From NCBI GenBank assembly GCA_963701025.1, contig OY969557.1:570042-634041 (forward strand): DNA of 64,000 nucleotides, in the 5' to 3' direction. The translations under genes and the position numbers were made by a program. The notes below the pieces were generated by a model. That model ran no database searches and was not told the origin of the DNA. It saw only the letters and a list, made by a program, of their open reading frames with translations. This document shows, piece by piece, positions 28,921-37,608 of the stretch; position 1 is the first letter of the stretch, and every line of letters begins with the position of its first letter. The DNA is from an uncultured bacterium (lineage in GTDB: Bacteria; Patescibacteriota; Minisyncoccia; Phycocordibacterales; PALSA-1337).

Positions 28921-28947
28921 TTCTAATTGGTCTAATTTCTAATTACC
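28921..28947. repeat. TCTAATT-rich intergenic element, copy 2 of 3
   Basis: ttctaattggtctaatttctaattacc lies immediately after the virB4 stop. Confidence 0.45.
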
Positions 28948-28956
28948 TAAACAAAA

Positions 28957-29460
28957 ATGGCTTCGAAGATCAAAAAACCGGAGTGGATCGCCTTGTTCGC
29001 CGTTACGGGCCTCATTGATCTGGTTCAGCTCTTGGGCGACCTGTTCTTGAGTGAGGCCTTTGCCGCTCCGGAGGTCATAAATGAGATCGTCGACCCGTTC
29101 ATAGGCGTATTCTTGGGCGGCTATTTTCAATTCCGCGGGGTCGAGATACTGCGTCAGCCGAAAAGAGTCTTGTCTCTCCTCGGAGTGACCGGTCTAGAAG
29201 AGCTGACCGGGGCTATGGCGCCCGGATGGGTATTCGACGTCTGGTATATATATAAGAGCGTCCGGACTGAAGAAGCTGAATCGCAGGCGCAGAAAGAGCA
29301 GGAGGAATGGAAACAGCAGGTCATGCAACAGGCTAGAGCTAGTAATTTTAACGGCAGGAGAGAAGCGTCGCTCGGACCGGAAGCCGAGCGCGTTTCATCA
29401 GCACCGTCCATAGCCAGATACTTCAAGGGCATAGGTCGTCCAAGGGGCAACGAAGCGTGA
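28957..29460 (+). CDS. Hypothetical small membrane protein
   Basis: 167 aa with two hydrophobic segments and a charged C-terminus. Confidence 0.45.
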   Translation: MASKIKKPEWIALFAVTGLIDLVQLLGDLFLSEAFAAPEVINEIVDPFIGVFLGGYFQFRGVEILRQPKRVLSLLGVTGLEELTGAMAPGWVFDVWYIYKSVRTEEAESQAQKEQEEWKQQVMQQARASNFNGRREASLGPEAERVSSAPSIARYFKGIGRPRGNEA

Positions 29461-29506
29461 ATAACTGGCATCGCAAAGGCCTATATATATTGCTAGAATA
29501 GAGCCA

Positions 29507-30559
29507 ATGAAACGCGCCTATTTTCTAATGGTTTCCGTGAGTTTCCTGCTACTTTCCGTCTGCTACTTGCTACCTGCCAATGTTTCAGCCCAAAGCCTCC
29601 CTGCCGGTATCACAAGTATCACACTGACCACGTCATCCCAGAACCCGGCCCCGGGACAGAGCGTTACCGTGACCGCGACGAGCTACAGCTTTGACATAAA
29701 TTCCGCGATGATCATCTGGACAGTCAACGGCAAACAGGTCCAGAAAGGCATCGGCGCCACGACTCTGTCAGTGACCGCGCCCGCGCTCGGCAAGACCACG
29801 ACGGTGGGCATCGAGGCTGTCACGACGGACGGCCAACGCTTTACCAATTCTCTCGCCCTCGGTTCCGGATCCGTGGATATGATCATCGAGACCGACGGTT
29901 ACGTGCCTCCGTTTTTCCTTGGCAAGACACCGCTCGTCTTTGAGAACAATGTCACTGTCATAGCCGTCCCTCACTTGGCTAACGCATCGGGCAAAGAATA
30001 TGATCCGTCGACGCTCGTATATCAATGGAAAAAAGACGATGGGACCGTCTTGCAGGATCAGTCCGGATACGACAAACAATCGATCACCCTGGCGGGAAGT
30101 ATCATTCCGAGACCGTATTATCTCATCGTCACCGCGTCATCGCGCGACGGCTCCGCTCAAGGACAGGGCATCGTACTGATCTCCCCGCAATCCCCGTCAG
30201 TGACATTCTATAAAGATGATCCACTGTACGGACCATTCTTTAACGAAGCGATTGGCAATACGCTCTTCATCGGATCACAGAAGGAGGCCAGCGCTTTTGC
30301 CTCATTGTTCGGCTTCAATTTTTCTCCGAGCAATGGCGGCGATCTGACTCTCGATTGGTCCATCAACGGCGCATCGCATCCCGAATTGGCCTCGAGCCAA
30401 TCGGTCGTCCTGCGCGCACCGGATGGAGTATCCGGCACGTCGGCTATATCTTTGAGCATCCAAGGGGTGAAGGACATCCTGCAGGGAGCGAGCGGCGCCT
30501 TCACGGCGGCCTTCAGCGCCAGCGGGCCATCCGCTTCGACGACGCCGGTAACGTTTTAA
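29507..30559 (+). CDS. Hypothetical secreted protein (beta-rich, Ig-like repeats)
   Basis: Signal peptide MKRAYFLMVSVSFLLLSVCYLLPANVSAQ. T/S/V-rich repeated beta-strand pattern. Confidence 0.5.
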   Translation: MKRAYFLMVSVSFLLLSVCYLLPANVSAQSLPAGITSITLTTSSQNPAPGQSVTVTATSYSFDINSAMIIWTVNGKQVQKGIGATTLSVTAPALGKTTTVGIEAVTTDGQRFTNSLALGSGSVDMIIETDGYVPPFFLGKTPLVFENNVTVIAVPHLANASGKEYDPSTLVYQWKKDDGTVLQDQSGYDKQSITLAGSIIPRPYYLIVTASSRDGSAQGQGIVLISPQSPSVTFYKDDPLYGPFFNEAIGNTLFIGSQKEASAFASLFGFNFSPSNGGDLTLDWSINGASHPELASSQSVVLRAPDGVSGTSAISLSIQGVKDILQGASGAFTAAFSASGPSASTTPVTF

Positions 30560-30564
30560 ATACG

Positions 30565-31848
30565 ATGAAATCAATCCTTAACAAATATAAAATTCTGGCC
30601 TTTGTTCTGATCAGTTTTGTCTTGGTCGGAATTTCTATGCCTTCCATGGCCCAGGCAGTGGATACGAAATACACGCCATTGGCTCCGTTGCCGTGCATCC
30701 CAAGTTCAGGATCGATAGATTCAAGTGGGGCTATCATTCCAAGTTCTGTGGTCACCTGCGGCCAAGGCAGTGCCGGCTCACCGCAGACGAGCGTCAATGT
30801 TCAAACCTACATCCAATACGCCGTCAATCTTCTCATTGCCTTGGCGGCCGTGGCGGCCGTCTTTATGATCACCTGGGGAGGATTCGAATATATGACGACC
30901 GATGCGGTTACAGGAAAAGAGGAAGGCAGGAAAAAGATAACGAATGCCATTTATGGGCTTCTCCTAGTACTGTGTTCATATCTCATCTTACGCACCATCA
31001 ATCCGCAGTTTGTACAGATACCAGTGGGGTTGGTGACACCACTCGGGTTGAGTTCGCAAAACACCACTGCCGATTGGCTCACGACCGTAGGAAATGAGAT
31101 GAACGCCTACAACGTCAACCAAACCGCTCTTAGACAGACCATAGCCGATGCCAATGCTGCCGCGGCCGTGCTTCAAAATCAATTGAGCGTTGCTCAAAAC
31201 GCAGAAAAGGACGCGTGTTATACGTATGGCGACACTTCCCAAGAATGCAAAGACGCTATGAATAAAACCGACTCGACCCAAAATCAACTGATTCAACTAC
31301 AGAGCAATACTGGCCTTATAACCGCAAAAGGTATCATAGATGGCAACGTGGCGGCATGTGGTACTACCGGTAGTTTAAACAGTCAGGTAACCGGATCAAG
31401 TAATGGGAATTGTTATACGAATAACCTAGCTGCTATTGATTCGATCCTGGCCAATTCGACTCTTACGAGTCGGTTACAACCAAACGATCTGCAAGCATTG
31501 AAGAATTATGCGGCTACATCAAAAACGACTCTGACTATGGATAGCTGGGTGAATTATTATAACCAATCGCTTGCAAATTATAATCAGACATACTTTGGAG
31601 CAGGCGACAATGCCGTCTACGGAGCCCTGCAAAGAGCGAACACTGCGATAGTCCCTGGAGCGCTCACAGGAAGCAATGCGGCGTATAATGCTACAGTGCT
31701 CGCTCAAACGAATGCGCTTGCAAATATTGACGCCGACCTGCAATCGGCAAAGTCAACTGTGACGGATCCAGCTGAATACCAACAACTTGTTACCCAGGCG
31801 CAAGCGCTCAAGGCTCAAATAAGCTCACAAAGTCCTAAAAAACCTTAA
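30565..31848 (+). CDS. VirB2/TrbC-like pilin N-terminal domain fused to a long Q/N/A-rich C-terminal extension
   Basis: Signal peptide, then two hydrophobic helices (LLIALAAVAAVFMITWGGFEY...; ITNAIYGLLLVLCSYLIL) as in T4SS pilins, followed by about 280 aa of low-complexity coiled-coil-like sequence. The track ORF starts at 30355; the first Met with a signal peptide is at 30565. Confidence 0.45.
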   Translation: MKSILNKYKILAFVLISFVLVGISMPSMAQAVDTKYTPLAPLPCIPSSGSIDSSGAIIPSSVVTCGQGSAGSPQTSVNVQTYIQYAVNLLIALAAVAAVFMITWGGFEYMTTDAVTGKEEGRKKITNAIYGLLLVLCSYLILRTINPQFVQIPVGLVTPLGLSSQNTTADWLTTVGNEMNAYNVNQTALRQTIADANAAAAVLQNQLSVAQNAEKDACYTYGDTSQECKDAMNKTDSTQNQLIQLQSNTGLITAKGIIDGNVAACGTTGSLNSQVTGSSNGNCYTNNLAAIDSILANSTLTSRLQPNDLQALKNYAATSKTTLTMDSWVNYYNQSLANYNQTYFGAGDNAVYGALQRANTAIVPGALTGSNAAYNATVLAQTNALANIDADLQSAKSTVTDPAEYQQLVTQAQALKAQISSQSPKKP

Positions 31849-31852
31849 GAAT

Positions 31853-33106
31853 ATGTCCCGTAAACTACTCATATCAATATCGGCGATTGCAATCGTATTG
31901 ATCCTTATTGCTTTCGCGTACTGGTACTTCCTTCTGCATCCCTCAAACCAAACCACCGGCACATCAAATTCTCCTTCAACGGGCTACTCACCTTTCGGCA
32001 GAACGCCTTCAGGATCTAACCAAGGAACTTCGACGGGGAATACCGTCACGAACAGCCCAAGCGCGCCTGTCGCGATACAAATACCGGCCCTGCGGCTCCT
32101 GTCGGCCACTCCGGTCGGGGGATACGCCGCTTCGACCACGGCTTCAACGACGGTGGTGCGCTGGATAGACCGCGGCAGAGGCAATGTATTGCAGGCGACG
32201 GAGGACTCTCTCGACATTCAGACTCTTTCGAATACTTTGCTGCCAAAGATGTATCAGAGCGTCTGGGGCAAAGGCCTCAATTCCTTGATCGGTTCGGTGC
32301 TTGCCGACGACGACGCGACGGTATCGACCTTATACGCCGCCATGGTGCCGCAGAGCACCAGCACCGCGAGCGCTCCGTATCGGCTTCAGGGTAAGAATCT
32401 GCCGGCTGACATCGTCTCGTATGCCGTTTCCCCGAAGAAGGACAGAATATTCCTCTTCGCCGTGCAGGGAGGCCAAGGCATTGGCTATGTGGCTCCGTTC
32501 AATGGCGGTACGGCCGTCCAGATATTCGCCACTCCGGTCACGCAGGTGAATGTGAGCTGGCCGGAAGAGAACACCATAGCCATCACCACCAAGGGTTCGG
32601 CAGGAGAAGCCGGTTTCCTGTACTTCGTCGACCCGAGGACGGGCGCATGGAAGAAGATCCTCGGGCCTCTGCCGGGATTGTCCGCTCTGGTAAGCCATGA
32701 CGCGCGCTATGCCATCGTCTCGATAACCGGCGGCGCGGACAATGTTCTCACTTCGATATACGCCATAGCCACATCGAGCGGCGTGGACGCTATCATACGC
32801 ACTTTGGCCGACAAATGCGTCTGGGGCAATTTCTACAAGGACATGGTCTATTGCGCCGTGCCTTTCCAGCCGGTCTCCGGAACCTATCCAGACGATTGGT
32901 ACAAAGGCACTCTCTCCACCGTCGACAAGATCTGGCAGGAGAACGCCGTGACCGGCGAGGTGCACCTGGTCTCGTCGCTCTTCGAGCAAGCGCAGACCAA
33001 TATAGACGCCTTTAATCTCGCTTTGGACGACAAAGACAACTATCTCTTCTTCATGAACAAGCTCGACCTTTCGCTCTGGTCGCTCGACTTGGTGTCGCCT
33101 AATTGA
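31853..33106 (+). CDS. Hypothetical membrane-anchored/secreted protein
   Basis: 417 aa with an N-terminal TM helix, an S/T/N-rich linker and a beta-rich domain. Confidence 0.45.
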   Translation: MSRKLLISISAIAIVLILIAFAYWYFLLHPSNQTTGTSNSPSTGYSPFGRTPSGSNQGTSTGNTVTNSPSAPVAIQIPALRLLSATPVGGYAASTTASTTVVRWIDRGRGNVLQATEDSLDIQTLSNTLLPKMYQSVWGKGLNSLIGSVLADDDATVSTLYAAMVPQSTSTASAPYRLQGKNLPADIVSYAVSPKKDRIFLFAVQGGQGIGYVAPFNGGTAVQIFATPVTQVNVSWPEENTIAITTKGSAGEAGFLYFVDPRTGAWKKILGPLPGLSALVSHDARYAIVSITGGADNVLTSIYAIATSSGVDAIIRTLADKCVWGNFYKDMVYCAVPFQPVSGTYPDDWYKGTLSTVDKIWQENAVTGEVHLVSSLFEQAQTNIDAFNLALDDKDNYLFFMNKLDLSLWSLDLVSPN

Positions 33107-33117
33107 TCGACTAACTG

Positions 33118-33864
33118 CTAATTGATGGCGTTCACGCCCTTTTTATTTAGATATCTTTTTCGGATGACGAGTTCCTGCCCGAGGGTGAATAACGAGCTGA
33201 CCGACCAGTAAATGGCGATGATGGAGGCCGCCTGCGGGAACTTGACCGGAATAATCCAGTACGTGGAGGCGAAGGCTATGATCGGCAAAAGGAATTTCAT
33301 CTGAGTGTTCATGGAATTGGCCATGTTCGGGGTCGAGCTCTTGGGCGCGGCGCGCTGCTGGCGCGAAGCCAGAGAATAATGCATCTGGAAGAATTGGATG
33401 ATCGCCGTAATAAGAGAAAGGACCAGGCTCGGCTTCAAAAGGTCAAGCCCGAGCAGGGAAGGCAAGGCCTTTGGCACGTGGATGAAGCTGTATAGAAGCG
33501 TCGGGTCTACCGCCGGAGTTATCTTGTAAAAGACGGAGATGAGGGCCAGTAGTATCGGCAATTGGATGATGAGCAGAAGGATGCCCGAGAACGGGTGGAT
33601 GCCTTTCGATTTGTAGAGCTCCATGACCTTCAAGCCTTGAGCCTGCTTGTCTTTGGCGTAATCGGCCTTGATCTTATTGGCCTCCGGCTCGACTTCTTTC
33701 ATCTTGACCTGGGTCAGAAGAGCCTGTTTCGAAAGAGGAAATATGATCAGGCGGACGATGATGGTAAAGAGGATAACGGCAATGCCGACATCGATCCACG
33801 GGAGTAGGTCCATCAGACCGACGAGACCGTTATAAAGAGGCAGGAATATGAATTGATGATACAT
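33118..33864 (-). CDS. yidC: Membrane protein insertase YidC (short Oxa1 type)
   Basis: 248 aa. Conserved ...IIVRLIIFPLSKQ...KMKEVEPE...IHPFSGILLLIIQLPIL... Sits in the rpmH-rnpA-yidC operon position. Confidence 0.85.
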   Translation of the reverse strand: MYHQFIFLPLYNGLVGLMDLLPWIDVGIAVILFTIIVRLIIFPLSKQALLTQVKMKEVEPEANKIKADYAKDKQAQGLKVMELYKSKGIHPFSGILLLIIQLPILLALISVFYKITPAVDPTLLYSFIHVPKALPSLLGLDLLKPSLVLSLITAIIQFFQMHYSLASRQQRAAPKSSTPNMANSMNTQMKFLLPIIAFASTYWIIPVKFPQAASIIAIYWSVSSLFTLGQELVIRKRYLNKKGVNAIN

Positions 33865-33893
33865 GGCGAGAAGGGGATAGTGGAACCGGTTAA

Positions 33894-34313
33894 CTATACA
33901 CCAATTCTCGCTTTTGAGAAAAGAGTTTTGAGGTCAGCGGCCATGCCTTCGAACTCGGCTGTGATCGCCGTCGTTTTGGCGAAAATGATGGCGTGCGTGC
34001 CAGGAATCATGGAACTGGCCGTGGGTTGTGCGGCTGGCGGAACGCTCGTTGAAACAATCGCCTGGACTGCCTCGTACATGCGTCGGCGTATGCGGTTCCG
34101 AAGCACGGCCGTTGGCGCGATCTTTTTTGGCGCCACGGCGGCGATCTTGATTCCTCCGCTCTCCTTGCTCCTTACTTCCTTCTCCTTACTCTCTGCTTCT
34201 TGCTTCCCGTGTTCCAGCACCCGCATGAGAAAAAGAGGGGAGTGATATATCTTTCCTTTTTCCATGACCTCCGAAAACTGCTTAGTGGAAAGCCTGCGGG
34301 ATCTTTTGATCAT
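33894..34313 (-). CDS. rnpA: RNase P protein component
   Basis: KKIAPTAVLRNRIRRRMYEAV matches the RnpA motif. Position is conserved. Confidence 0.8.
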   Translation of the reverse strand: MIKRSRRLSTKQFSEVMEKGKIYHSPLFLMRVLEHGKQEAESKEKEVRSKESGGIKIAAVAPKKIAPTAVLRNRIRRRMYEAVQAIVSTSVPPAAQPTASSMIPGTHAIIFAKTTAITAEFEGMAADLKTLFSKARIGV

Positions 34314-34340
34314 ATTGATGGCGCGCGAACGCGCTTTTTA

Positions 34341-34475
34341 TTATACGGCGATCCTGTGACGGCCTTTGGCGCGACGCGCTGAAAGGGCCTTTCGGCCGCC
34401 GGGCGTCTTCATGCGCACGCGAAACCCATGGCTCTTGGCACGCTTGCGCTTGTTCGGCTGGTAGGTGAATGACAT
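34341..34475 (-). CDS. rpmH: 50S ribosomal protein L34
   Basis: [44 protein letters not shown], 44 aa. It is the internal Met of a 69-aa track ORF. Confidence 0.85.
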   Translation of the reverse strand: MSFTYQPNKRKRAKSHGFRVRMKTPGGRKALSARRAKGRHRIAV

Positions 34476-34678
34476 GGCAAGACTATAGTATATAAACGTG
34501 AAAGAAGCAAGAAAATAAATCATTGACACGCCGCGAGCGCTACAATTCATTTTCTTGATTACAAATATCTTTTATATTATTTTTGCAAATTCTTATCCCC
34601 AACTTATCAACAGCTTTTAAACCGGTTGGCAAGTTTGCAAAATCGCAAACAAGTATATACTTAGACCTATTCAAAGCC

Positions 34679-36022
34679 ATGAACGACTTCACCCAAACCT
34701 GGCAGACCGCCCTACTAGAAATCAAGACCATAGTATCGCCCGCCAACTATTCCACATGGCTCACCACGACGAAAATCGTCCGTGAGGAGGAGGGGATCGT
34801 CTATTTGGGCGTGCCAAACGAGTTCACTAGAGAATGGTTGGCGAAAAAGTGCCATAATTCCATATTACGCATACTGCGCCAGATCAACGAGCATGTGCGC
34901 GCTCTTGAATACGTCATCGTAAAGGACGGAGAGCAGTCCGAAACGGCCAGAAAGAGGGTCATCGTCTCCTCGACTATGGCCATGCCGCTCCAGGACTTCT
35001 ACATCAACAAAGAAGATAATCTCAATCCGCGCTACACATTCGATAATTTCGTCGTCGGTCCGTACAACGAGCTCGCTCACGCCGCGTCCCAGACGGTCAT
35101 CAAGAATCCAGGACAGACGTATAACCCGCTTTTTATATACGGTTCGACCGGCAGGGGAAAGACGCATCTCATCCAGGCCATCGGCAACAAGATCAAACAG
35201 GCGCATCCAAATAAAAAAGTCTTCTATCTCACTTCGGAGAAGTTCGGCTCCGACCTGCTCAATTCCTTCCAAGAGAACAAGACTCAACAGTTCAAAGAGA
35301 AGTACCGCAAGTATGACGTGGTCATCATGGACGATGTCCAGTTCTTCTCCGGAAAGGAAAAGTTCCAGGAGGAGCTCTTCCATTTATTCAACACCTTCCA
35401 CGATACCGGCCGCCAACTCGTATTCTCGTCAGACCGGCATCCAAACGTCATTCCCGGTCTTGAAGATCGGATTCGCGGCAGATTCAGCGTGGGAATGATC
35501 GTGGACATACCAGCGCCTGACCAGGAGTCGAGGACGGCCATCGTCCGGACCAAGTGCAGGCTGAATAATATAAGTCTTCCCAACGAAGCCGTGGAGTTCC
35601 TGGCCTCCGAGATAGAAGACAACGTGAGGGAAATAGAGGGTATAGTTAACGTCATTGCCTGTCAGATGCAGCTCAAGAACAAGGAGTTGACCTTGAATGA
35701 GATTAAACACCTCCTGAAGAACAGCGCCAAACCAAAGAAGAACATCTCGGTCAAAGAGGTGGTCAAGATCGTATCCGATTTTTACAACATCGACGAAGCG
35801 AGCATATACAACAAGACCCGCAGAAAGGAAGTGGTGAAGCCGCGCCAGGTGGCCATGTATCTTCTCCGCGAAGACTTCAGCATATCTTTCCCGTCGATCG
35901 GCGACAAAATGGGCGGGAGAGACCACACGACCGTCATCCACTCATATGAGAAAGTGAAGGAGGATATCAAGAGCAATACGGTCTTGTCGCAAGAGATAGG
36001 ACAGTTGAGAACCATGTTATAA
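34679..36022 (+). CDS. dnaA: Chromosomal replication initiator DnaA
   Basis: Walker A GSTGRGKTHL, sensor and box VII motifs, and a C-terminal DNA-binding domain (...VAMYLLRE...). Start taken at MNDFTQTWQ. The track ORF begins earlier, at 34583, in AT-rich origin DNA. Confidence 0.85.
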   Translation: MNDFTQTWQTALLEIKTIVSPANYSTWLTTTKIVREEEGIVYLGVPNEFTREWLAKKCHNSILRILRQINEHVRALEYVIVKDGEQSETARKRVIVSSTMAMPLQDFYINKEDNLNPRYTFDNFVVGPYNELAHAASQTVIKNPGQTYNPLFIYGSTGRGKTHLIQAIGNKIKQAHPNKKVFYLTSEKFGSDLLNSFQENKTQQFKEKYRKYDVVIMDDVQFFSGKEKFQEELFHLFNTFHDTGRQLVFSSDRHPNVIPGLEDRIRGRFSVGMIVDIPAPDQESRTAIVRTKCRLNNISLPNEAVEFLASEIEDNVREIEGIVNVIACQMQLKNKELTLNEIKHLLKNSAKPKKNISVKEVVKIVSDFYNIDEASIYNKTRRKEVVKPRQVAMYLLREDFSISFPSIGDKMGGRDHTTVIHSYEKVKEDIKSNTVLSQEIGQLRTML

Positions 36023-36206
36023 CCTGTGGAGATGTCGGGGAGAAAGATCTGGGTGGATGAGTTGTTCGTCGGTGCGCCGGTGTTATCAACAGAGAGTCGG
36101 CACAAGAAAAGTTCAAAGAGCGAGTGGATAGAACGTACTATGGATTGTTCACATACCCACCACCTTAATAATAGTAATATTTTTTAAATAACAATTTATT
36201 AATACT
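36023..36206. promoter_or_regulatory. Candidate oriC DNA-unwinding element and DnaA-box region (dnaA-dnaN intergenic)
   Basis: Contains the AT-rich tract aataatagtaatattttttaaataacaatttattaatact. Imperfect DnaA boxes TTATCAACA and TGGATAG (complement CTATCCA). Confidence 0.45.
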
Positions 36207-37313
36207 ATGAAAATCGAGGTACATCTTCCGGAATTCAAAAAAATGATCGGCATAGCGGAACGGGTGGCGAAAAAGAACGCCAGCTTGCCGGTTCTATCAT
36301 GTCTCGTTTTTGAGGTCATGAAAAACACTCTTGTTATACGATCTACAAACCTCGATGTGGGAGTCGAAATGACCATGCCCGCAAAAACCGAAGCAAGCGG
36401 GACCGTCGCGGTCCCAGCCCACACCATATCGGCATTCATTTCCCAGCTTGCCGATCAGGACGGAGTCGTCAAAATAGAGCTTGTGTCCGGAAACCTCCAC
36501 ATAATCTCAATGAGGTCGAAAGTCATCATAAAGACAGTACCACACGATGATTTTCCTTCCATTCCCAAGATTTCCGATGGCAAAGAAACAAAAACACCAA
36601 CGGATATTTTTATGAAGGGCCTTAAGTCTGTCTGGTATAGCGCGTCAGTTTCCAGCATCAAGCCGGAATTGTCGAGCGTGTACGTGTACAAAAACAACGA
36701 GCATCTGATTTTCGCCGCGACGGACTCGTTCAGGCTGGCCGAAAAGAAAGTGAAAATACCGACCACGGCCGATCTCGAGGACGTGCTGATCCCATTCAAG
36801 AACATTCCCGACATAATGCGCACCCTCGAAGGCATCGGCGCGGAAGTGACTGTACGTTCCAACAAAAATCTGATATCTTTCGAGGCCGGCGGCACCCGCA
36901 TCACTTCGCGTATCGTGGACGGGACATTCCCTGACTATAGACAGATCATCCCAAAAAACTATTCTACTGAAGCGGTCGCGCTCAAACAGGATGTCATGAC
37001 CGCACTCAAAGTCTCCACGGTCTTTGCCGACAAATTCAATCAGATAAAGCTAGTCATTGATCCGAAGGGCAAGATTTTCGAAGTCCAGACCAAGAACGCC
37101 GATGTCGGAGAGAACGCCACGGCCATCGACGCGGCCCTTTCCGGGGAGAAAGTAGAGATCAATTTCAACGGGAAATACATAGCCGACTGCTTCCAGTCCA
37201 TAGACGCCGACAGCGTCTCTTTCCAGCTCGGAGGCCTCAATAAGCCCATGGTCGTCCGCCCAGCCGCGGGAGACGGCACGTTCATGTACTTGGTCATGCC
37301 GATGAACCGTTAG
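36207..37313 (+). CDS. dnaN: DNA polymerase III beta sliding clamp
   Basis: 368 aa with the three-domain clamp pattern. Follows dnaA. Confidence 0.85.
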   Translation: MKIEVHLPEFKKMIGIAERVAKKNASLPVLSCLVFEVMKNTLVIRSTNLDVGVEMTMPAKTEASGTVAVPAHTISAFISQLADQDGVVKIELVSGNLHIISMRSKVIIKTVPHDDFPSIPKISDGKETKTPTDIFMKGLKSVWYSASVSSIKPELSSVYVYKNNEHLIFAATDSFRLAEKKVKIPTTADLEDVLIPFKNIPDIMRTLEGIGAEVTVRSNKNLISFEAGGTRITSRIVDGTFPDYRQIIPKNYSTEAVALKQDVMTALKVSTVFADKFNQIKLVIDPKGKIFEVQTKNADVGENATAIDAALSGEKVEINFNGKYIADCFQSIDADSVSFQLGGLNKPMVVRPAAGDGTFMYLVMPMNR

Positions 37314-37326
37314 CCATGAACGAAGA

Positions 37327-37608
37327 TTGGTCCTAAATAGAAGATACATGTTGCGCATCAGTGAATTTTTCAAGCGTATAGGAGGGATACAGGCGCGGGA
37401 GATCGCCTTCCGCGCCGGAGTCCAGGCCGCCATCAAGGAATCGACAGGCGTTGAGATCCCAATACAGTCCATATCGTTCAGATCAGGGAAAATCTCATTA
37501 AAGAATATATCTCAAGCCGCGCGATCAGCCGTCTTCATAAAAAGATCCGCCATCATCGAGCGGACCAACGCGTTGCAGTCAGTTAGACATGTAGACGATT
37601 TTATATAG
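37327..37608 (+). CDS. dciA: DUF721/DciA-like protein (candidate ancestral helicase loader)
   Basis: 93 aa. ...GKISLKNISQAARSAVFIKRSAIIERTNAL fits the DUF721 C-terminal pattern. Its position immediately after dnaN is typical. Confidence 0.45.
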   Translation: MVLNRRYMLRISEFFKRIGGIQAREIAFRAGVQAAIKESTGVEIPIQSISFRSGKISLKNISQAARSAVFIKRSAIIERTNALQSVRHVDDFI

